DNA of 64,000 nucleotides, taken from assembly GCA_965153355.1 (NCBI GenBank), contig OZ231126.1:12090001-12154000 (forward strand), read 5' to 3'. Below are positions 55,081-64,000 of this stretch, in pieces. A program made the position numbers and the translations under genes. How positions within the stretch are numbered: the first letter of the stretch is position 1; every line of letters starts with the position of its first letter. The stretch comes from Flaccisagitta enflata. Its lineage: Eukaryota. A model generated the notes under the pieces. The model searched no databases and had not been told where the DNA came from. It was given only the letters and a program-made list of their open reading frames with translations.

Positions 55081-56159
55081 CCACATCCTCCTCCTCGTCC
55101 TCTTCCTTTCTTTTCTCGCGATAAACATACGTATGTTTCTGTGTTTGTCTGAGATTCGGACATACCGTGGCTACGTTTTTTGGAGGAGAGATGATGAGGA
55201 GGAAGAGGAGATAGAGGAGGAAGAGCAGATAGAAGAGGAAGAGGAGGAACGGTTTGAGGAGAAAGAGGAGACGAAGAAGAAGGAAAGGGAGGAAAGTTAG
55301 ATTCAGCAAAAGTATAGAAAGTCCCGAGTCATAGCTTTGCTTTTGAAGTAAAATCTGATATTTTCAATCATGTTAATGCAAGGAAAACAAAACGAAATTG
55401 ATTGCCTTTATGATAAGTGAAATCAAGTTGTTCACAACGCTTAATCTGAGGGAGCCAATATAGTTCTTAAGAAATAGCGCACATGGAAGCAAATCTATGT
55501 GGTAGCACATAATGGCACATTGAAGTTTTCTTTTTCGGAAAGCATAATCTTAAGCATAGGTGGCCTAAGAAAGTCGCGAAAGAAAGCATCAGCAAACACT
55601 CCATTTCAAACGTTGAATCCTAATTGTCAGGTAAATACGTTCCCAATTTTTAAGTCACAAGTACCTGGGAACTGGCTTAAATCTGAATCAAGTCCGATCG
55701 GGCTATTACTGGTAAAGTAAATTTCGCGAATCGGCCGAAAAATGCGATTTCTCGGGAGGCACAACGGATCGATTCCATGCAAAATTTTGGGCCACTGAGA
55801 TAATAGGAACCTTCGTTAGGGTGAGGTTGAAGTTTGTATTGAATTAGCATTAAAAACACGTTTAATTTCATGATGGAGTAGTACAGTGCAACGCAAAAAC
55901 AACTTTTTTGCCTGAATTTTCGAAAGCCACTTTGGGCATCATCATCAGCGAGACTGTGACGACGGTGTGAGACGCTCCAAGAGACGGCACGAGACGGTGT
56001 GAGACGCTCGGATGCGTTTGTTTTCCGGTCAGAGATTTCCCCAACGGCTTTCTCCGATTTATGGACGAGTCAAGGAACCAGTTTTTGGATGCGAACTGAC
56101 GACTTATTGCTCCTTGATAATCCCTCGCGTGGTCAACCGAAAAAGACGATTTGTTAAAT

Positions 56160-56355
56160 AACAAGGCCGGATACACGGCTACCCCAGTCGCGTGCGGGTG
56201 TGCAGACGGTGTGAGACGCTCGATGCGTTTGTTTTCAGGCAGAGAAGCCCCAACGGCAGAAACCGAAAAATGGACGAGTCAAGGACCAGTTTTTGGACGC
56301 GAACGGACGGACGGATTGACCGACAATCCTTTGCGAGTCGCGTAAGCACGCGAAA
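56160..56355 (-). mobile_element. HINE family A copy with atypical interior
   Basis: Family termini; interior 56204-56310 resembles nearby 55992-56103. Confidence 0.7.
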
Positions 56356-56463
56356 TAAAAAAAATTCAATGACTGGGAATAAAGGGAATATGGAGACAAC
56401 ACTTTACAAATGAAGTAATTTTATACCATAAGCGGTTGTTGTTGTTATTGTTGTTGTTGTTAA

Positions 56464-56552
<89 letters not shown>

Positions 56553-56850
56553 GTTCATCTCCTTCTTCTCCTTCTCCTTCTCCTTCTTCTTCTTCTTCTT
56601 CTTCTTCTTCTTCTTCTTCTTCTTCTTCTTCATCTTCTTCTCCTTTTTCTTCATCTTTTTTTTCTTTTTCTTATCCCTATTCTTTTTCTTTTTCTCTTTC
56701 TTTTTTCAGTTTCTTTTCCTTCTCCTTCTTCTTCCTCTATTGTCTTGAATCGTGTGACCACTGCGATAGCTGTTATTGACAGGCAGCGCTAATTAGTTGA
56801 TAGAATAAAGAATCAGCGTAGATCCGATTGTCTGGTCATTATCAAAATCG

Positions 56851-57010
56851 CGTCACGTGACTTTTCAAGAGACATTCAGAAGATCACGTGATGGTTTAGT
56901 GACACCCGGGAGATCATGTGGTTGGTCATAGGCATCCGAGAGGTCATGTGATGGTTTAGTGACTTCCTGTGGTCAAAAACTAGACGTGCATGTGCATGTG
57001 GTCACGTGAT
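56851..57010. repeat. Degenerate 30-bp repeat carrying TCACGTGA/TCATGTG E-boxes
   Basis: Units begin at 56851, 56881, 56911 and 56941; a further GTCACGTGA at 57001. Confidence 0.55.
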
Positions 57011-57542
57011 CCAAACCTTTGACATCCGTGATGTCACCATTGTAAATTCTATTGTTCCACTTGTCTTATATACTGCGGACATTCTCGCGATTGAATGACA
57101 GTATCGTCATTGGTGCAGATACACATGTGACTAGTTAACCATGATGTCAAAATGTGCAAAAATATATCTTCGTTCTTAAATGACGATGATCACATTCAGT
57201 GATGCCGACACGCACAAGTTGGATGACGATAACGTCCTCATGTCTCTCTCTCTCTCTCTCTCTCTCTCCGCTCTCTTTTACTAAATTTGTACGCTATTTC
57301 CAAACATACGTAGACTGTGTCTCTCTTTCTCTTGTCTCAAATCCCGTGATGATATAAATTTCCATTAAAGTGTTGAATTTCTACCCAGTTTGTGCGTCTC
57401 AAATTTCACCAAGAAAGATCTATGCTGTAGCGTGATTTTTATCACTCTGCTCTACCCTTATTTTTCTAATGTGTTTGCTTTGACATCTCACTCTTCTTCT
57501 TCTTCTTCCTTCTCCCTCCTCCTCCACCTCCTTGTCCCTTTT

Positions 57543-57733
57543 TAGTCGTGTGCACGCGACTCTACAACCCGCTTTGTCCGTCGGTCGGTTGGTCGGTTGG
57601 TTGGTCACACTTTACTTTTTTTTATGATTTTATTTCTTTGACCTCACTGCTCCTGCCAAAATGTTCTGGTGACCTCAAATATGGCTTCTGCCCACCCGCA
57701 CGCAACTGCGGTGGCCGTGTATCCGGCCTTGTT
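57543..57733 (+). mobile_element. HINE family A copy
   Basis: TAGTCGTGTGCACGCGACTCTACAACCCGC...GGCCGTGTATCCGGCCTTGTT. Confidence 0.78.
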
Positions 57734-57863
57734 TCTTTAAAAGTTTCCCCTCCTCCTTTTTTTATCATCACCTTCTCTTTTTTTTCCTTTATCCTTTTCT
57801 CGTCCTTTTTTGTTGTTTTAATCATATTTGAATTGTTGTTGTTGTTGTTATTGTTGTTGATGA

Positions 57864-58028
<165 letters not shown>

Positions 58029-58838
58029 GTATTGTTGTGCTTGCTGATGAGGCCTTCCCTCTTTATACTCGCCTTCCTATTCCTCTACTCCTTATTCTTC
58101 GTCTCCTCCTTCTCATCCTGCTTCTTATTCTACTTCTCCTTCTTATTGTTCTTTGCTTTTCCGTTTCTCCAACCACTTCCCTTCTTCTTCTTCTTCTTCT
58201 TCTTCTTCTTCTTCTTCTTCTTCATCTTCTTCATCTTCTTCTGCTTCTTCTTCTTCTTCTTCTTCTTCGTCTTCTTCTTCTTCGTCTTCTTCTTCTTCGT
58301 CGTCCTTGCTTTTCTACTTCCACACCATCCTCTCACTCATCTTGTTCCTCTTTTCATGATCCTCGTTCATGCTCATTTACTTGGGTTCTCCTCATACCTT
58401 CTTCCCTTCTTCTTCGATTTTACTTCCTCCTCATCTTCATCTACTCGTTTTTCAGTTTCTGTTTTCTTTTTTAGCCTGGATACTGATGTTTTGAGCAGTT
58501 TTCTATCCTACATCACTTCCCCTTTCTCTGCTGTGAGTTTTAAAAGTCACCTTTATCATTTCCTTTTGTTTAGCTTTTGAAGAATTTCTCTGATTTTTCA
58601 CCTCGTCATCGTCGTTTGCCACCTCCTTTCTCTTTTTCTTCTCTTTGTTCTTATTCTTGCTCTTCTCCTTCTCCTTCTTCTGCTCTTTCTTTGTCTTGTT
58701 CCTCTCCAATTTCTTCTTCTCTTTCTTCATCTAATTTTCCTTCTCCTTCTTCTTCATATTCTTCCTCTTCTTCTTCTTCTTCTTCTTCTTCTTCTTCTTC
58801 TTCTCCCTCTTCTTCTTCTTCTTCTTCTTCTTCTTTTC

Positions 58839-59037
58839 AGTTACGGACACGCAACTGTACAAGATGCTTTGTCCGTCCGTCGGTCCATCCATCAGTCCAT
58901 CCGTCCGTCGGCAATGATCGGGTCGAAATGTGGAAAAACAAGCGTTTTGGATACTTATTGCGTGTTGGTGTGTAGTGAGCGAGATTAGAGGTATAGATGA
59001 GGGTTGGACGTCCCTGCCCACCCGTCCGTCACTTGTT
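58839..59037 (+). mobile_element. HINE family A copy (degenerate)
   Basis: ACACGCAACT start, GTCC repeats, CCCTGCCCACCCG core, CTTGTT end. Confidence 0.55.
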
Positions 59038-59050
59038 CTTCTTCTTCTTC

Positions 59051-59082
<32 letters not shown>

Positions 59083-59183
59083 CTTCTTCTTCTTCTTCTT
59101 CTTCTTCTTCTTCTTCTTCTTCTTCTTCTCTACCGCCTTCTTCTATTTTGTCTTCTTCTTCTTTTTCTTCTTTTTCTTCTTTT

Positions 59184-59319
59184 TAGTTGCGCACACGCAA
59201 CTCTATAACAGGCTTTGTCCGTCCGTCGGTTGGTCGGTCGGTCGGTCTGTGGTGATCGAGTTGGAAAGTGGGAAAACGCGAATTCTGCCCCTGCCCACCC
59301 GTCCGCAACCGGCCTTGTT
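59184..59319 (+). mobile_element. HINE family A copy
   Basis: TAGTTGCGCACACGCAACTCTATA, GTCG/GTCC repeats, CCCCTGCCCACCCG, GGCCTTGTT. Confidence 0.68.
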
Positions 59320-59555
59320 CTTTTATTTTTTCTTCTTCTTCTTTTTCTTCATCTTCTTTTTCTACTTCTTCTTTTTCCTCTCTTCTTCTTCTTCTACTGC
59401 TTCTACTCCACTGCCTCCTCCTCTTATTTTCGGATAGAAATCTGTTCGCTCACTGCCCTTCAGTCTGAGGCTTCGAGCGTTTGAGGCCCTCTGTTGGGAT
59501 TTGGAGTAACTGACTCAATTATTCATTTTCTTTTTTTCAAGGTTAAGTCAAGCGT

Positions 59556-59609
<54 letters not shown>

Positions 59610-60896
59610 CTTATTGCAAAACTAAAACATCGGACCGTTTCCCTGTTTATTTTTCGGTTCATTCACTAAAATAGAATCACTTTCGTTTGCTTAAAAATGA
59701 GATGCATTCATAAACAGACTAAGCATATTTAAGTATCGTTTGTTGGTATGTTCCATACGACATAGTCAGGAAGGGCAGTTGTTTATTCCTTAATTAAAGC
59801 AAGTAACGTCAAAATCTAAATACAACACTACATACTATCTTGGAAAAAATAAAAGTCCCGGTTGAAAGAAGAATTCAATTTATTGCATATTTCATTGGAA
59901 AACGTCTATGTTTGCATGACTAGTATTTAGTATGGCCTCCTTGGACGTCAACGACTGCTTGCATCCGCCGCGGCATGCTTTGGTAGAGCGATTCGAGGTA
60001 TTCCGGCGTCACCTGCCTCCAGACTTGGAGCAAGTAAAAGGAAAAAAGTTTTTTCAGTCACTTTTTGATCAATTTTCAGTACTAACAGTGCTCTGATTTG
60101 AATGAAATTTTACATGGAGGTAGTCCATGATGTGAAGCACCTCCAGTAAAAATTTCGTCTAAATCGGTCAACTTTAAGGGGGGTAACAACATTTTTTTTC
60201 TCAGTTGACGTTATGCGCAGATTTTTTTGTCCATTTCTAAGAATCTAAACGAACGGTCACCGATTTTCCTATTGAATTCTTCATATGAGGGCCATAATGT
60301 GTCAAAACGTGCGGGACTTTTATTTTTTCCAAGATAGTACCGTATATCAGGCACATAATAATTGGATATTCTCATCACTTTCATTGCTTGGCGACCCGGT
60401 AACAACAAACAAAAGCATTCAACTTAGTATACTTTTGTTTATAAGAGCAAAGTTTATAAGAACGTTAGGATTCAAATCATCAAAAATTCAAGAACATGCT
60501 TAGAACATTGGAAGGCTTCATTTCTCTAAAGATTTAAGAACATAGGCTTGAAATTTCATTTTCTTTTCATTAAAGATTCAGTATCTATTCTGTTCAGAAA
60601 AGCATCTCTTATTTACTACAGTTTGTATCATTCTATTCTAATTGATCTTAACATTGACTTAAAATTTTTAAACTTGCTGCTTTATTGTTTCATAAACATT
60701 ATTCTTCATTTTTTCCTAGTTGACAAACTGAAACCAATTAAAAACGTTCTTAACTGAAGGTAAAAAAACTGTATTTTAATTAAGAATAATTTCAGACCAT
60801 TTTTGCCTTGAAACTGCCTAAAATTTAAGAACATTGAATGCTTGCTTAAAAAGTGACGTTCTTATAGAAATAATAGTCGCAAAAGCGTTAGTTAGA

Positions 60897-61226
60897 TGGT
60901 CAGCGGTACCCGTTGCCCCTTTGCGAGCATATGCACTGAGCCGGATCGAGCTACCGCGGGGCCTAAGGCTTGAGAACTACCGCGGGGCCCCCCTAGCCCC
61001 CCCCCCCTTTGCTGCCCCATTGTCACCTTTGTTGTCACCCTATTTCTACCTTGCTAAAAACTGTTGGAGGTAAACTACAAAGGCATTCATCTTTTAAAGC
61101 TGATGAATGCAAATAAAAAAAAAAGAATCTTATGTTGAATAACATTTTTTTGAAGAAAAAATCAAACACAAGTAGAAGAAAAAAATTGTTTTTTTTTCTT
61201 TTTTTATTTTTCTTTCTTTCCTTTTT

Positions 61227-61286
<60 letters not shown>

Positions 61287-62326
61287 TTTTTCCTTCTTTT
61301 TCTTTTTCTTTTTTTTCTTTTTCTCTCCTTTTTTTCTATTCTTTTATTCCTCTTCCTTTTTTTCCAAAGGTTAGGGGCTGTACCGCGGGGCCCCTCCTTA
61401 CCGCGGGGCCTAAGGCTTAAGCCTTATAAGCCTAATGGGTGATCCGGCTCAGCATATGTGGGTGTGTGATGGTGAGAGGGGCAGCGGCCCCGAAGGGGCC
61501 AATGACCTATGCTTGGTAAGTTTTGAAGCTCTAGGCTTGAATTTTAGCATCAAAAATGGGATTTGAGCCACGAGGCTGTGATATGAGCTTTGAGGTAGTG
61601 ATTTGAGCCTCGAGGCGGTGATTTGAGCCTCGAGGCTACAATTTGAGCCTCGAGGGGGTGATTTAAGCCTCAAGTTGGTGATTTGAGCCTCGATACTGCG
61701 GTTTGAGCCAAGATGCTAAGATTTAAGCCAAGACCCTAGGATTTGAGCGTCAAGGCTGGGATTTGAGGCTCCAGGCTGGGATTTGAGGCTTGAGGCTGCA
61801 ATTTGAGGCTTTAGGCTGCAATATGAGCCTCGAGGCTGGGGTTTGAGCCTCAAGGCTGGGGTTTGAGCCTTGAGGCTGGAATTTTAGCCTGGCCCCCCCA
61901 GGCCCTCTCAGGCCTGCAATCTGCCCTCTCAGGCCTAAAATCTACCCTCTCAGGCCTGGAATCTGCCCTCTCAGGCCTTGAATCTGCTCTCTCAGGCCTG
62001 AAATTTGCCCTTTCAGACCCATTACCTGTCCTCTCATGCCTAAAATCTGCCCTCCCAGGCCTGAAATCTGCCCTCTCAGATTCAAGGACTAAGGGGGCAG
62101 ATTTCAGGCCTGAGAGGGCAGATTTTAAGGCTAAGAGGGCAGATTTCAGGTCTGAGAGGGCCTGGGGGGGCGGATGGATGGACGGACGGACGAACGAAAG
62201 TCCCCCTGTGTTCTACAAGACTTCGTCCCCTTTGGGGCCGCTGCCCAGCCTCTCATTCCAATTTACAACCATGCAAAGCAGGGCAACGGGTATCGCTGAC
62301 CACATATTGCCCTTGGGCGACCTGTT
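60897..62326 (+). mobile_element. HINE-like family B element, interrupted by a hAT-like MITE
   Basis: Two pairs of subterminal inverted repeats: 60897-60918/62281-62302 (21/22) and 61479-61498/62227-62246 (19/20); two 21-bp minisatellites; 3' hairpin followed by TGTT. Confidence 0.75.
60936..61452. mobile_element. hAT-like MITE
   Basis: Perfect 12-bp TIR CTGAGCCGGATC/GATCCGGCTCAG; 8-bp TSD-like flanks CATATGCA/CATATGTG; four subterminal TACCGCGGGGCC motifs. Confidence 0.75.
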
Positions 62327-62411
62327 GTTTGATTAAATAATTGTTTTCTTTCTTTCTCAGTCGCTTGCTTATCGACCATAAATATGTATTTCTATCTGTA
62401 ATGCCCCTGGC

Positions 62412-62611
62412 CTGCCTACTCGCAACTCTGAACCCCTGCTATGTCGGTCTGTCTGTCCATCCGTCCGTCCGTCCATCACGAAAAAGCCTATTCAGAGTTT
62501 AGGAGCTCTTTGGCCTCAAAGCCCTTGCCATGCCAAGATACTTCTTCTAACCTTTATAACAGCCCCTGCCCATCCGATCGCGACCGTGGTAACTATGTAT
62601 TCGGCCTTGTT
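62412..62611 (+). mobile_element. HINE family A copy (degenerate); further remnants near 335-461, 20879-20930 and 63290-63432
   Basis: GTCY repeats, GCCCCTGCCCA core, CGGCCTTGTT end. Confidence 0.5.
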
Positions 62612-62669
62612 TTCTTCACCAGCTACAATTCAGCCTGACTCCAACTTGGGTTTTGACGTGCATTATCAG

Positions 62670-62779
62670 GCTCTTCACATTGGAGTTACAATTACGAAGC
62701 GGGAAGAGCTGTGACAGGAGGCTACTGGTGCTCTAAAAGGAATGATAAGGCGCCATTGTATTGGTGGATTTCATTCAAG
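62670..62779 (+). pseudogene. Discoidin/F5-8C-like domain exon (SSHWSYNYEAGRAVTGGYWCSKRNDKAPLYWWISFK)
   Basis: SS..A..A..G.W.S....P.W.I pattern; AAG|GT donor, phase 0; acceptor uncertain, with in-frame TGA codons just upstream. Confidence 0.55.
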
Positions 62780-63490
62780 GTACAATGCGGTTCGTTCAAA
62801 AACAGCCAATTTTAGAGGATATTTTGATATCATTTAACAAATGACAAACTCGACACTTAAAATATGTTTAGCTTCAATCGATGGATGTTTCCCTGAGTAA
62901 CCATGGAAATGAAATGTTTTTGTTTTTTTGTTATCGTTCTTTATGCTCAAATATCAATATGTTGACAGATATACATTGCTCGGAGTATAATTTGCTACAA
63001 CTTTCCAGGTGTACTGTAAGAATAGCTTGTTTAGCGGTTGCTAGGAAGCATGTTTTAGCCGTTGCTGTGTGTAATGCAATTTTGATTGAATGCAATGTTC
63101 CTTCAGCATGTCTACACCAAGGAATAGCTCGGTTCCGAGATGATTCATGAGGCCAGATTTTTTTCAAATATAGTTTTGTCCTTATCCATTGGAATATCCA
63201 ATTTTAGACTTAGAGTCATCTCGTCTTTGCTAAGCGACTCCATTACATGAGGGTGTGTCCGAATCTGTATATGAGGGTATGTCCCTTGGTAGGTCGATCT
63301 GTCCGTAAGTCGGTAACGCAAATATTTGGATGATGCGAAATCGGCGAAATCCACATTACTACCCCTGCCCACGTGCAACACTGCCCCTGCCCACCCGCAA
63401 GCGATAACTTATTGGCCGTGTACTCAGCGTTGTTGTAAAATGATTTCCAGTTGACTTTTGAACCTCAACTATTGCTGGTCCTGATTGAAG

Positions 63491-63761
63491 GGAAAGCCCG
63501 TGGAAATTGTGGAGATTGCGTTTGAAGAAGTTTATTCCGGAGCCTAATTTGAGTTTTTCGCTGCGGATTTGGTTTTCGCAGTTATAACCGAATTTGGTAT
63601 AACCGAATGCGGTGAAAGCGGAACTTCGCTGATCAACGGTGGGAAGAGGATTGAAAATGGACAGTCCTACTACTGCTATGGATTGAAGATCACTAAACGT
63701 GCCAAGACGAAATATTACGGCGACCTTGCATCTATGAAGAACTTTCGTTTCCAAGTTCGAG
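63491..63761 (+). pseudogene. Discoidin/F5-8C-like domain, second exon with in-frame TAA (63545)
   Basis: gaag acceptor, phase 0; GKPVEIVEIAFEEVYSGA*FEFFA...YYCYGLKITK...ASMKNFRFQVR; G|GTATGA donor, phase 1. Confidence 0.6.
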
Positions 63762-63890
63762 GTATGAGTCAAACCGTTTCAAAAGCAAGAAGAAAAAAAA
63801 GAAAAAAAAAAAGAAAAAAAATGTTATCAAAGTTAAGAGGGACATGAATATTAAAGTGATGGTTGTTTATAATGGGCCTTATTTTTTCAG

Positions 63891-64000
63891 ACAAAGATGA
63901 CTGTGAAGGACAGAAATGCAGCGGTAAAGGCACTTGCGTTGATGGGATTTATCAGTATAAATGCGACTGCAATGCTGGATTTACAGGGAATGACTGCGAA
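63891..64000 (+). CDS. Calcium-binding EGF-like domain exon (runs off the window)
   Basis: ttttttcag acceptor, phase 1; DKDDCEGQKCSGKGTCVDGIYQYKCDCNAGFTGNDCE has canonical 6-Cys EGF spacing. Confidence 0.85.

Noticed and set aside
60455-60866. 11-bp inverted repeat TATAAGAACGT/ACGTTCTTATA
   Set aside because: Short and AT-rich with no TSD; probably a repeat remnant but unsupported.

Overview
Eukaryotic (bilaterian invertebrate-like) genomic DNA, very rich in microsatellites; most ORFs in the supplied track are translations of (GA)n/(GAAA)n/(CTT)n tracts. (1) A complete 8-exon Iroquois (Irx, TALE homeobox) gene can be rebuilt on the minus strand from 53781 to 3096: all introns GT-AG, phases consistent, 3213-nt CDS (1070 aa), with homeodomain and IRO box. 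(2) Its 23-kb last intron holds, antisense and inside a (GA)n tract, a 16.9-kb Ty3/gypsy-like LTR element (3870-20745) with a tRNA-Leu-like PBS and a PPT. The element has no recognisable pol. It carries an interrupted gag with a long unusual N-terminal extension, and an ~8-kb leader array of ~960-bp units, each with three long hairpins. Its 3' LTR has the distal (U5-side) part replaced by an inverted copy of the first 148 bp of the LTR, so the element has both LTRs and long terminal inverted repeats. This element is the most unusual object in the window. (3) Many short non-autonomous elements are present: HINE/DINE-1-like Helentron derivatives of at least two families, plus hAT-like and Tc1/pogo-like MITEs. 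(4) At the right end is a plus-strand discoidin(F5/8C)-EGF gene fragment with an in-frame stop. All calls were made by eye; no database searches or folding programs were run.
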